Source of the DNA: Paramecium tetraurelia
Taxonomy: Eukaryota
Length of the DNA stretch: 64,000 nucleotides
Direction of reading: 5' to 3'
NCBI GenBank assembly: GCA_000165425.1
Contig: CT868208.1
Span: forward strand, 1 to 64,000
Below, piece by piece: positions 42,801 through 55,568 of this stretch. Made by a program: the position numbers and the translations under genes. The first letter of the stretch is position 1. Each line of letters starts with the position of its first letter. A model generated the notes under the pieces. The model saw only the letters and a list, made by a program, of their open reading frames with translations. It did no database searches and had not been told where the DNA came from.

Positions 42801-42995
42801 CCTCCCACTAGTCCTTGTTGTATGGGAACATTAATTTTTCATTTTCAATGTGGTGATTTCTATAAGGTTACTTTCAATATTACCTTTGAACTTGCTTATA
42901 AGAAATAATTTGCTACCTCAGTTGGTATACTTATTTTTCATCTTAATTCTAAATAAATATAAATGAATATTTACATAATCTGCTTCTTATTACAT
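39845..42995 (-). CDS. BRG1: Brg1/Snf2 SWI/SNF ATPase (QLQ, HSA-like, SNF2 helicase, SnAC); no bromodomain seen
   Basis: QLQ motif [81 protein letters not shown]; SnAC-like RLIQDDEVPEW. Confidence 0.92.
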
Positions 42996-43481
42996 TTTTA
43001 AAGATTTTTAAAATCTAATGCAAAAATTTTTATATTTTATGTATAAATACAGATCATTAAATACCTACAAATTTTATTCATCTGATCAAAAATGCACTCA
43101 AAAATTTTGATTATATTCCTTTCCCAATTAAAGATGAGATATAAACATCTAGAAATACTAGAATTTAGAAATTATTAAATAAAATCACAATCTAAACATT
43201 TATAAATATCTGAACTTAAAATGAGATTTTAAAATATCGAATTAATTAAAAAAACAGAAAGCAATTGAGTTTGAAAATAATTCTCTTTCAATTCTCAAAA
43301 AGCAAGGAACCTACGAGATCATGCTTAGAAATTCTGAAATTATTGATGTAAATGATTACATAAATTTTTGCTTAAAATTTCCGCTTTTTACTTTTTATTA
43401 TTTCTCATTAGATGCTAAATTTTATCATATACAAATTTGAAACATTTTAATATACAATTCTATTATTTTATTTAAGTTTAT

Positions 43482-44114
43482 TCATTATTATAACTTTTTA
43501 AATAACATTAAAGAAGTTGCCTTTTTCAATAATCTACCTTAGCTCGCCTTTTTAGATTGATATTTTAATTTACCAAGATTAGCCTCCATTTAAACTTTAT
43601 CAACAACACCAGATTATTCATTTTTCTATATTTCTTCATTTATAAGATAATCTTTGTCCTCTTATATTTCTTCAATGATTTATAAATTTTTCTCAATTTA
43701 ACTATTATCTCTATTCTCCTTAGTTGTTATATCAATTAGTTTCTACATATCAATTTATTTTTATTCCATTTAGATCTTCTATTTTATTTGAGTTTATATT
43801 TTTTATAATTGTTCTTGTTATCTCAAAGAACGAAAACATCCCAATTATTCATAGGTTTTATTTTATTTGATATCAACTTTATTAAGGAAATCTTGATACT
43901 ATTCAACCTCTTTAATAGGACCAGATTTTTCTTGATCTAATTTTTTCATTTAAACAACCTATTTAGGATATTCCTTTTCACTCAATTCAGCCCTTTTTTT
44001 ATTTATCATGACATTTTATGAGACGTTTTCAATCAAAATTGATGCTAGTTTTTTCTTCTAATTGAGTGTTTCTAAATCTTTTTGGTTTAATTGTTAATCA
44101 TGATTAAGTATCAT
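43482..44114 (-). CDS. Hypothetical coiled-coil protein
   Basis: Open 210-codon frame under table 6, MILNHDQQLNQK...SLMLFKKLQQ*. Confidence 0.65.
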
Positions 44115-44155
44115 GTATTTTACAATAATATATATTATTTATATAATATTCTATG

Positions 44156-45816
44156 TCAAATCTCAATTTTTTTGACCTTCTCTCCTAGATCAGGAACTTC
44201 TTAGGCAATAACTTTAAGTTTGTCCTTATTTTATAACAATTCAGCTGTATTCATTTTAGTAGTCTTTTACTTGACCTTACCTTATTTTTCTTATATTTAA
44301 CTTTTCAAGATATCTGCATGTCTTAAATTTACTTCTTTAATGTACTAATACATAATGTAAATTAAATACATCAAATTTTTTTTTTTCATGATCATTGTAA
44401 TTGTCTAAGTCTTATTTCCAAATTTCTGCCTATCTTTTATTGAGTTCTTCCTCTTCTTCTTATCTTCTTTTTTTTTCTTCTATTTATGAATTTAAAAATG
44501 ATCTCAATTATTATCTTTAATCTAATTATTTTATCTTTTTCTTTTCTTCTTCAACTTTTTCCCTTTCATTTTATTAAATAATATTCCTAAGCATTTTCTC
44601 ATCTTCTTATTTAATCAATTCTTTTTAATCTTTAACAACTCCTTCAGCAAACATTCCCATAACTTTTTTCATTTTTTCCTCTCTTTATTTCCTCTCTAAT
44701 TCTCTTTATTCCTCCAATTGATTTTATAAACTGATATATTATTGTTGCATTTAAGTTTCTGCCTCTTTCTCTAATTTAGCATCCTCCAATGCTTTCTTTC
44801 TATACTCCTCATTCTCTTTCATCATTCTCAGAAAACGCTCTCTCTCTTTGTTTCTTCTATTCAATTGCTCTCTTTATTCTAACTCTAATTCTTCTCTTAT
44901 TTTTCTCACTAACAAACTGTCAAGTTCCTTTTCTCTCTTCTATTCAACCTTTCTATTAAACAATATAAACAGTATATTACTTTCTTTGCTATTCATCTCT
45001 TACTTATTTGTCTCTTTGCAGCTTTTCGTTATAGATTTTATTCTACAAATTATCATGTTTGTCCTTCTCTCTTTAATCATAGACATTCAATTGATAATGA
45101 TGTAACTTCACATAAGCATCTTCATCTTGAACCTCTTCATGCTTCTTATTTTATTTCTCATTTATTTATCTATCCAACTCTGATTTGATCTTCTTCTTAA
45201 ATTCCTACTTTCTAATGACTTCAAGTTCCTTTTCTTTTTTATACAATTCAGTATCAAATTTAACTAACGTCGCCCATTCATCATCCTCGTCCCCCTCCAT
45301 CATGTACACTGATTTGGGTGCCTGACTAATAAATAACTGTTACCTTGGAAGAGGTTTCAGAATAGACATCCTGACGTTATTGTGGACCTGATTGAATCAA
45401 TTATTGGTTCGATTTCCTAGACTAACTGCTGGCAGGTTTCTATTGGGGGATCTACTACAATTGATGTGACTGGGTGACTACCGAATAGATCATTGTTATA
45501 CCTTAGGATTCCTTGATTGATTATTCTGCTTGAGATTGGGTTGTGGATCCTGCATTTTGAATTGCCTATTAAACTTGTTGCTTTAAATTTTTCAAAGTAA
45601 CATCGGTAACTCTGGTTTTTGAGAAATAATCATTCACGATATTGGTGATAATCTAATCTCTAAATTGTAAGTTACTTATATTTTATTTTTGTTATTCTTT
45701 CCAAAATCCTTTATAAACCTCTCCAAAACAGTTTACTTGAGTTGTTCTCTCTATTGTTAAATAAGAGCCTTATCGATGCTTTCCTTCTTCTTTGACTCAT
45801 TAGTCACAGTACTCAT
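44156..45816 (-). CDS. Trichohyalin-like (E/R/K/Q-rich) coiled-coil protein, possibly ciliary or cytoskeletal
   Basis: MSTVTNESKKK...DEWATLVKFDTELY...KSELDRQI followed by long charged helices; several tiny introns. Confidence 0.7.
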
Positions 45817-45892
45817 GATATTTATATATAATAAAAATTAATTAAAAACCATCCCTTAATACATTTGTATTTAATTAATTAAAGCGCCAATA

Positions 45893-46613
45893 ATGGAGAA
45901 ATAAAAAAGGAAGAAGCACGGAGCACACAACGAATCCAAGAGTCTGTGGAATTACACCCTGTCTCCAGGTTGGTCCTAAGAAGAAGTCAAGATTCTTAAA
46001 CTTGCATTGTAGAAATTCGGAATCGGCAAATGGAGAAGCATCATCCAATCAGAATGTTTGCCAGATAAATCCATAGGATAGATCTATATCTAAACTTAGA
46101 GAATGCTTGGATAGTAATCGTTGGGAGACTTTATGGGTATAAATTTAATATCTATCATATGAAAATAGGATTGTAGATTGATTTAGAAAAGGTGTGGATA
46201 GACAATAATCAAAAAAAGGGAGTAATGAGAAAAAATGGGTGTGTTATTAATACAGGAGACAATCCAAATAAAGAGGAGAGGAAGTAGAGAATCGAAGAAA
46301 ATAGATAGAGATATTCGATATAATAGGAGGAGGTAAGAGTATTTGTGTATGATGTAAGATTAATAAAATAAAGTTGCCTCGTTTTAAGAATGATTGCGTA
46401 GCTAAATATTTCACAATTTAAGAAATTGAAAATGATTAATTTACATCTATTGAAAAGTTATAACATTTTGTGAATCTGGAAACAGAGATTGAAAAAAAAC
46501 TCAAAAAGATTTAACTAATGAAATCAAATGCAAATGGTATAGGTTATCATAATGGCAATGGAAATGGCATTAATAATCATAACCATAATAATCACTTAGA
46601 TGAATAAAAGTGA
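45893..46613 (+). CDS. p1 (AMTP1) HTH/homeobox-like subunit of the MTA1c/AMT1 DNA 6mA methyltransferase complex
   Basis: SKSLWNYTLSPGWSQEEVKILKLALQKFGIGKW...CLPDKSIGQIYIQTQRMLGQQSLGDFMGLQIDL...RKNGCVINTGDNP closely matches ciliate p1 as I recall it; not checked by search. Two introns. Confidence 0.85.
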
Positions 46614-46767
46614 TAGTTTTAATTTTGTTTGTTTAGAATATAAATTAATCATAAATAAAAATTATTTACTAGTCACTCATAATCCTTTTTTAGTTGAAGT
46701 GCTTTTTGACTCCATATTAGTGTAATTAATTAAATAGTAAAATTAAGAATACTTATTTTTAAAGTTT

Positions 46768-47085
46768 ATGAATTATTAAAAATTTCGTTAAAATGTGGAT
46801 TTCTACTTAAAGCCTCAAAAGGAAAAGTTAGAAAGTCCAAAAGAAAAATCGTTTGTTTCTCCAATTAGGATAAAAACATAATAAAGCAATTAAGAATCAG
46901 AAAACAAAAAGAAGGCATTGCCTGTATCAAATATGATGGACAGGATCAATAAAGTTATTTTGGATCAGAGAGTCAAATCCCCAATGACTACTTAAAGGAA
47001 TATCGAATAACAAAACAAGGAGAATCATTTTGAATGTTTTTTAAAGAGACAGGGCTATTTAGCCAATTATTATAAACATAGATGA
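46768..47085 (+). CDS. Small hypothetical protein (105 aa)
   Basis: MNYQKFRQNVDFYLKPQKEKLESPK...LANYYKHR*; no introns needed. Confidence 0.6.
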
Positions 47086-47119
47086 GAGTGTAATATAATA
47101 TTATATATATATATGATTA

Positions 47120-48542
47120 TCAACTATGAAGTTTACTTTTATAGAATTAAAGTTCTTATTTTGTTAATTAGATTCGTTTTCCTGTTTCATCAATTAAGGG
47201 ATGTCCATCTTGACTAAGAACAAATCCATTCTCATCCACCTAATACATTAGCTCTTCATCTTCATCCTCATTCTCATGTATTGTTGACATTCTTTAAGCT
47301 AATAAATTAAGTTTAAGTTGTACATTTTAATTGATCAAATTCCTCTTTAGTAATTTATAAACTATTAGGATCATGCACATTAATATTATCTAAACTATCG
47401 ATCATCATTTACTCATTCAATGCTTTGATAGGGGAATCCTCATTAGATTAATTAGATGGCTAAATTGTAGTCTTTTGACTCACAAACTATTAGGGGATTG
47501 ATGGTTAAGCAATCTATTATAATGGTTAAGAGGATTTGTTTTATTTGATGTTTTGAATGTTTGTAATATCAGTGAGGGGATGATCCGATTATATGTATTC
47601 AATATCGTGTATCTCGCTATTCGAATCTTTACTAGAATTTAGTATTGAACTTAGATGGTCAGGTATTTTGCGATTAATCAAGTAATCATTAACCTATTTG
47701 TTGAATTACTCATATTTCTTGATATACTGATCGTAATTATCTACGGAATTTCTTTAAGGTATGTGTTTTTTATATTAATATTCTTCTGGTTCGTTTTCTT
47801 TCCCTTTATATGATTATTATAATTTCTCAGACTACTTGCTAGTTGATAAGTTGATCTAATATAGTTGAGATTTTAATTTCTCAATTTACACTTGCAAAGC
47901 CTTAAAGTCAGTCTATTCTTGTTTCTATAATTTGTGAATCATTTCTCTACAGCCTTGAGTAATCTAAATTTGCAATTATTCTTTCACTTAATTGAGTTGG
48001 GATTCAATATTTACTGGTTCTTTCTTCTTTTCCTGTTGTTACTACTGCTACTAGATTATGAGTTGTTGTTATTAATGCATATAATCTATCTATTTGTTTT
48101 ATTATTCTAATAATTTGAGCATTTCCTCTCTTTAATTTTTTAGAGCGTTGTCTATATACATTTACAGAGAATTAGAATTCTAATTAGGTCTTGTGTTGGG
48201 TTAGGGTTGCATGGCTGTAACCACTGGGGATTTACTTTAATTGCCATCAGGCTGACTCATTATTCTCAGACTCTAAAAACCCTTTGGACACACTTACTAA
48301 TAAGGGATTTGGTTGCTGTCTCGTTCTCTTGAGATTTATCTGGGTTCGTTATCTAATTATAAATGCTGGATTCTTACAGTTCTACATGGAGACATATTGA
48401 ACCGGGTGGGTGGATGGAGTTACTTATAGGAATTGAAATCGATTAGAATGTTCTAATTTAGATGGGATATCCTACATGATATTATTGCATTGCGTTGGAT
48501 AGGACTTGATGGAGCTGGGGAAAGTCGACGCTGTTAATTCAT
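47120..48542 (-). CDS. Hypothetical low-complexity/coiled-coil protein
   Basis: MNQQRRLSPAPSSPIQR... ending in YQVDENGFVLSQDGHPLIDETGKRIQLT...; open under table 6. Confidence 0.7.
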
Positions 48543-48620
48543 TAAGAGTAATTAAAATTTGAAAATATTAATTGTATATTGATAAAAACTTATTATTGAT
48601 GTTTGCATTTAATTAATTTA

Positions 48621-49515
48621 ATGAGGATTTTAATCACCAATAGCCAAGATAAGAAAAGTAAATAATACCCAAGGCTAATTGCTAAAGACAGTTCAGAAAA
48701 TCAATAAGTAAAGTTCCAAAAAATTGAATTTTACAATAAATTACCGAAACAAGTCAAATCTAGTGTTGTCCTGAAAAGCTTATATAAATCTAACAATACA
48801 ATTCATAGTTTCCATTTAATCGAGATTGAGGATGATTTGCCAAGACAAAGAAGAAAAAGCGACAACGAAGGGTTGATTTCATAAAAGATTGTAAGAGATT
48901 CAGTTTATTCCCAAGTTGAATATCGACATTAAATACCCCAGAACTGTGATATAATAGCATCAATTTTTATATAGAGTCAAAGACCTTAGGAGAAGAGCAA
49001 TAAGGGGTAGAATGAAAACTAAATTTGAGAAATCGGTCATGAAGATAGATACACCATCTGCAAGCAAATTTAATCCCTTAAATCACAATAACTCGAATAA
49101 GGATTCTCATTTTGCGAGCATGTAGGATATCAAAGTACTCAGGACTTTTACCAAGGATCGCACTTACTACTAACGACCATTGGTATTAAAAGATTCGGAT
49201 TTGATATCGGATTCTCCAAGTGAACCTAGTATTTAATTACAATAAACCAGAAAACATATTATATTTACTCCAAAATAAAAGCAGTATGTTCTGCTCTAAT
49301 TAAACAAATACAAACACAAACCTTTCGAACAAATTAAGCGAGATTCTATTATCAAATTTCTTTCAGAAACGAAGGAAACTCAAAATCATACTGTTCCTTA
49401 AATAACTCCTTTAATTTAGCATAGGCTGCAACCTTATTTTTCTACTCATAAGAAAGTCAATCTAAAAAAATCTAGTTACCTTTCTTCTTTTTAAAGAGTA
49501 AAAACAATAATATGA
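48621..49515 (+). CDS. Hypothetical protein; exon junction unresolved
   Basis: N-terminal (MRILITNSQDKK) and C-terminal (...SFQRVKTII*) parts look coding but lie in different frames; I could not place the junction near 48870-49030. Confidence 0.5.
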
Positions 49516-49564
49516 TGAAATTTGTTTGATCATACATATATATATATATAAATTAGTATCAATT

Positions 49565-50431
49565 ATAATGACTTCTGCTGGTTTTGCTACCCAAGGCATT
49601 TTTATTCCTTAACTTATGATTTGGCTATCCACAAGTGCTAAATTATAATTATAAAGAATACTTCATGCTATCGACAGAATTTCTATAAGATACACTAGAA
49701 TTTATATCACAAGTACTTATAACCTTATGGAATTTTTCAATAAAACTTTATTTAACACTACTACAAGTTTGATTATCAATCTTATTAAGATTTTTCAAAT
49801 TGATTTTATAAGCAGGAAGAGGAACCTTCTTTTTTACATCTCTGTAATAGTTAATAATTTCATCTTAAGTGCATTGACTGAGATTTAACTCATTATTTGA
49901 TGGAGCAGGTTCTTCATCTGAGTTTGAAGGTTGCTTTTTGAAGATTTCTTTAAAATTAATTCTTGAATTTATTAAATTAATACCTTTTTGCTTCTTCCAT
50001 TTATTTTTTAGCTTGCATATCAAAATTTACTAAATAATCTTAGATGTTATTTTTTATATTCTTTCTATATTTCTCTAAGTTTCTGCTGATATGTGAATCT
50101 CGTAAAGCAGTGCTCTAATATTTATCCGACCAAAATTCAGGACAATGAATGCGACCGTTGTTGATCAAAGTCACCTTATGCTTCTCAGGCTTCAGAGCCT
50201 CAAATTTGCGTTTTCGATAGATGGCAATAGTATCCTTTCTATCCTCTAAAGCCTTGTCTTTCAGGAGAAACTGCAAATAGAAATCTAATATTAAACCGGT
50301 AATGAGAGCATCACGTTGAAATTAATATTTTTTTTTTTAGCTAACTACTGCAGAGTGAATTATTCAATGTGAGGCAGCATGTTTTGTTGCGGTATCATGA
50401 TCTCGGGACTATGTGCAAAATTATCTTGCAT
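49565..50431 (-). CDS. Hypothetical protein; 3' end approximate
   Basis: MQDNFAHSPEIMIPQ...RIHCPEFWSDKY; tiny introns; C-terminal frame ambiguous. Confidence 0.5.
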
Positions 50432-50604
50432 GTATATAATTTAATATTTTATAATGAAAGTGCAAAATAATAAAAATGCAAGATAAATAAAACAAGTTAT
50501 TGATTTACTGATTAAATGATTGATGATTGCCAACAATTTAAACGATTTAATTGGAGATGAATAAGAAATTTAATATTATTTAAAATAAAAATTATCAGAA
50601 TAGA

Positions 50605-51436
50605 ATGGAAATCGGAGTTCAAAAATAAACAGATGAGGAAAAGCAAGCATAACCAGAGCAATTCAACAAACTTGATGATAGTGGTGATAAAAAGTAAACA
50701 GGATATTGTGGATTTCTTACAGTGGAGTATTCCTCCCATTCTATAATAGATATTATACTCCCTATTTCAATGTGACAGAAACAGATGTTATACAAAGAAT
50801 CAAAGCTACCTTTCTTCCTTTCCGACCAGACTTCCTCAATATTACCAAAGAGAACCCAGATTTGTATTTATGTAGATTTATTATATAGATGGGGGCCAAT
50901 ATGGATCAATGCCACTTTAATTTTTATGATTACAGCAATTGCAAACTTGAGACAAGTAGATTCAGAAAAAGAAAATCAATCCTTTGAGGTTGGTTACGTG
51001 CCTTAAGCAACAGCATTGCTCTACATAATTGCATTTGGAACTCCTGTCATTTTAGCTATTGTGATGAAGATCTTGGGAGTCGATTTGAGTTTCTTCTAAA
51101 CAATTTGTTTGTATGGTTATTCCATGTCAACATTGTTGCCCATCACAATTCTATGTTACTTTTAGAATGAGATGTTTTTGTGGATGATCATCGCATATGG
51201 AGTTGGAAATTCAATATTGTTTTTAATTTTCAATTTGAAAGAGTAACTATATATACCATAAATTTAGAGAGTTAGATAAGTTATAGATTCAAAAGAAGTA
51301 CATCATTATTGGCATAGTAGTTACAATGTAATTGTCTCTCTACTTGTTTTATAAATTGGTTTTCTTTTCTTATGTATCAGAGGGAAAAATAGAATTATCA
51401 TCTGCAGCATAAGAAGAAAGTTAACCTGGAAATTGA
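50605..51436 (+). CDS. Yip1-domain protein (YIPF1/2-like)
   Basis: GFLTVEYYTPYFNVTETDVIQRIKATFLPF...NPDLWGPIWINATLIF...ICLYGYSM; several transmembrane segments. Confidence 0.9.
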
Positions 51437-51784
51437 TTGTTCTAAATATATATTTTATAATGAAATAATTCAACCTTTAATTTCATTCCATTCTTAAATC
51501 TAATTAATTTTAAATAACTATTCTTTTTTTTGGGACTAACATAACTGAAGTGTTATTACAGTAGTCATTTCATTCAAAGAAGAGATTCAGAAACAATAAT
51601 TAATAACAGTTCATGATTAAATCAAGATGAATTTGTTAAGCAGAAAATTCCACTGAAAAAGCTGAACATAGTAAGGCTAGAGTAAAGAGAGTGCAAGTAG
51701 GATTTATCGATAATATCCAAAATTAACAATCTGAATTAAATAAAACGTAATTAAAATTAAAAAGAATTAAAACATAACCAACAA

Positions 51785-53665
51785 ATGTCTGGACATTAAA
51801 TCATTACTCAACCCTAGAGTCGTAGTCAATATCAAAGCAATAATAATATCCTAACAGCTCAACCAATTCAGTAGCAATCACAAAATCCTCTGAATTATCC
51901 AAGTAATGCCATTCCTGCACCTTTCATGCCTTCTCAAATGAATCAATAATAATATGCATAATCACAAGTATACCAACCAAGATTGATGGAAAACACTGTG
52001 AGAATTTAATAGCAACCTGAAACACATTGTCCATTCTGTTTGACTTGCTAATAACATAAGACTGATCTATTAGCAAGGTAGGAGTCATAGAAAGCTAAGC
52101 CTTAAGGAAATGGCAATTTCCCAGAATACGAATATGGTGTTTGTCCTGATTGTGAGGGGGAAACTGGAGAAGGAGATCCAGAAGATGATATTGGAATAGA
52201 AAATTAGAAACTTCGAGATGATATTGCTGCCAAAGCCAAAGCGAATAGAAAGTTGAGGAATGATGTGGTTCGATTATAGACTGAATTAGATAGAATCAAA
52301 CATTTACCAGAGGAAAATGAAAAATTAAAAGCCATGATAGGCCCGTTGGAAGATTAATTAAGAGATGCTAGACATAAGAATTAAGATTTACTTGATGACA
52401 ATAATAAATTGGGAAATGTATTCTCATTAATTATCATAATAGTAAGTCAAGGATCTTAGAAATAATATAGATAAAGCTAATAATGCAGCCAAAGATAATG
52501 ATAATATGAAAAAGGAAATTGAGGAACTTAAAAAGAAGACTAAAGATAATGATAAAGTGATGGAGGAAAACAATGATCTTAAGAACAAATTAAATAGATT
52601 GAAGGGAGACAGAGATAAAATGTTAGCAGATTTAGCTGCCTTGGAAAAATAGAATGGAGCAATCAAGTAATAAATTATTGAGAATTAAGGGATAAATTAG
52701 GAAAATTAGCCAAAGAAAATAATGATCTCTAAAAGGATTTGGGAGATTTGAAGAAGGTAAACAAGGATTTGGAAAAGAAATGCAATGATCTACAATTAGA
52801 TAATGATAATTTACATCTCAATTTGGGTGATGTTAAAGGGGACAGAGATAAAGCCAAAGATCAATTAAATGATTTACATAAAAATAGGAATCAATTACTT
52901 GATGAATTGGGTAAAGTGAGAGATAAATTAAAAGACGCAGAGTATCTATTTAATAATATTATTATTCTAGAAAGGATAAAGATGATCTTGGTAAAAAATT
53001 GAATAATGTATAAAATGATGCAAAAAAGGCAGGCGATGTACCTAAATTGAAAAGGTAATTGGACAATGCCTTGTTAGAATTAGATGACTTGAAGGCTGAA
53101 AGAGAGGAATTAGAGTATTCTAATATTTTATTATCTTAGTTAACATTTAAAATAAGTTCATGATGATTACAATAAAGCTTTGAAAATACTAAAAGAAAAT
53201 GGTCTCCTAGGATTATTGGATCCGTCTGAATAGCAACCTAATTAGAAACCATTAAATACAAATGGGTAATTAGGTCCATCTGGTTAAGCCTTTAATCCTA
53301 ATGGATAACCTCTCTATGGTTCTAATGGGTAACCTCTCTATGGTCCCAATGGATAACCTCAATATGGAACTTAAAATGGTTAACCTGTGTTTGGACCAAA
53401 TGGATAGCCCATTTATGGACCCAACGGTCAACCTATTTATGGTTCTGCTGGTTAATATGGACAGCCAGGGAGTGCATATTTGGGAACACCGAATCAAATT
53501 CCTTAGAATAAAATTGGAATGAATCCCATGAATTAGTCAAATTAATGGGGAGGTGTTAGTGGAAATGTGGGGAGACCCTCTTATGAAGAACTGATTTTGG
53601 ATAATATTCGAATGAAGAAATGTATTGATTAGTTAAACTATGATCTAAAGAATAGTAAAAGATGA
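51785..53665 (+). CDS. Coiled-coil protein with N-terminal CxxC motifs and C-terminal GPNGQP repeats
   Basis: HCPFCLTC...CPDC, then a long D/N/K/L-rich coiled coil, then 8-aa repeats; TGA at 53663-53665. Confidence 0.75.
53297..53445 (+). repeat. Degenerate 24-nt coding tandem repeat, consensus G[P/S]NGQP[L/I/V/Q][Y/F], about 6 copies
   Basis: PNGQPLY GSNGQPLY GPNGQPQY GTQNGQPVF GPNGQPIY GPNGQPIY. Confidence 0.85.
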
Positions 53666-53800
53666 TTTATTTGAATAAAATAGAATAATAAGATTTTTAA
53701 TATATTGAAAGACTAAGAATATCTATAAATTTGTGTTATTTAGATGATTACTAATATCTCCATTAACAACATACATTTAATAAATTCATTACAAAGCTTT

Positions 53801-54511
53801 TCAACAACTATTGCAACTAGATGTTGGCTATTCAGTTTAATTAGCTTCCTAATTTAACTTAAATTGCCCAGATTAGGTGTGTGTATTGTTAGAAACCTTT
53901 TGTCCTTCATTCTCCAATCTAATCTTCAGATTTTAACCCAATCTATCGAAAATATCTTCTAATATATACAATTCATGTTTGTACGTATATTCTTATTCTC
54001 TAAGGCACTTGTTTCTATGAATGGCATATTATACTTCTAGGCCAACTTCTCTCCTTCAGCAGTTTAGACTCTTCTATCTTAAGAATCTAATTTATTTCCT
54101 ACCAAAATTGAACAACTAGAAATTATTTAAGAGTAATCGCTTACACTTCATCTGTAGTGCTTTCGAGAATTGATTTGATCCATCCTTCCACATTATTAAA
54201 AGAGTTTCTGTCGATCAGAGAATAAACAAATATTATTCCAAAGGCTCCTTTGTAATAAGTTTGAGTGATGTTTCTAAAACGCTCCTGTCCAGCTGTGTCC
54301 CATATTTACAGTTTAATTTTCTTATCTTAGACCTTGAATTCAATAATGAATGTACATTTAGAATTTTAATTTTAAAATCAACTCCTATTGTGGCAGTGTA
54401 GTTTTGAGAGAATTTTTAATCACAAAATTGCGTGAGGATATTGGTTTTTCCAACTCCTGAATCTCCCAAGACTATCACTTTGACTAGCCAATCATAATAT
54501 CCTAAAGACAT
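53801..54511 (-). CDS. Rab GTPase (Rab8/Sec4-like)
   Basis: [43 protein letters not shown] and ETSAL motifs; C-terminal SCNSC prenylation site; three introns. Confidence 0.95.
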
Positions 54512-54667
54512 TTAGATTTTGTATTATAATTATAATATATAAAGCAATTAAGCATTTTAGTACTCTTGACGAAATAATTTGAAGATAATTCTTCAATTGT
54601 GAAAAATTATAAAAAATATATACAAGAATTTAATTCTTAAATTTGATAATAAATCTTATTAAAAATT

Positions 54668-54980
54668 ATGGGCTGCACTTAATAAAAAGTATCATCTCCA
54701 GCAAGGAACAGAAGCAATGAAAGCATCTCAAATGGATAATCTGACACCATGCAAACTAACTAAGTTATTGTCATCCAACAATTGAACTAAAAATAACTCT
54801 AATAAAAGATTAACTAGGGAAGGTATAGCATTCTTCAAAGGGTTATTCTTCGAAAAGATATATGTAAAATTTAAAATCAAAAGCGTAGTGAATAGTAGCA
54901 TTATGATCAGGAGGTAAAGAAATCAAGAAAATTTACTTTCCGAAAAACTTTATGTGACTAGCTCTAATGGCTGTAATTGA
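54668..54980 (+). CDS. Small protein with an MGC N-terminus (putative myristoylation/palmitoylation)
   Basis: MGCTQQKVSSPARNRS...; one ~20-nt intron; TGA at 54978-54980. Confidence 0.55.
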
Positions 54981-55568
54981 TAAAGTGAAATATATTATAT
55001 TATGTTAACTAAATATAACTAGAGAAAAGAAAATTGTGATTTTTAGTCATTTTTAAATTATTTAAACATTTTCAATATTATTTGGCTGCTCCGAAATAGC
55101 GGTTAAGATGAAGTATGGTTAAGTACAGTTTCTCTTGACTCAAGTTCATCTCAATTAGTCAAATTATGAGTAAAGTTATGTTTAAATGATTAATAGTAAC
55201 TTTAATATTTTTAATTACAAAAATGGTATTTAAAATAATTATTGTAAATTAGGCTTCTTATTATTAAATTACTGAGTAGCTGATTTTGGTATTTTATCTT
55301 AAAGAAACTAGAGTTTAAAAAGGAAAAATCTATTTCCTCATTAAGTAATTTAAAAAATTGAATTAGATTTAAATTTTGTTGAAAAACAAAATGAATGCGA
55401 GAAATTAAATTATTATCATAATTGTATTTTAAAAAGAAAATAAATAGATTATTATTCCCTAAGTGTCTTCTTATTCAATTATATACTATTAAAAAATTGG
55501 GTTCCTTTGTTTTATATAATCATTAAATAGGGAATGACCATTTTAATTTAAACTATCATTAATATAAT

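Noticed and set aside
44848..45105. Hydrophobic 'membrane protein' ORF from the track
   Set aside because: Antisense of an E/K/R-rich coiled-coil gene.
53270..53522. 24-nt periodic repeat as a CRISPR array or minisatellite element
   Set aside because: No spacers and no cas genes; the variation is largely synonymous, so it is a coding peptide repeat.
55106..55140. SECIS element (ATGA...AA...GA) downstream of a gene ending GCN-TGA
   Set aside because: The helix expected between the ATGA and GA motifs is not complementary, and the upstream protein does not resemble a selenoprotein.
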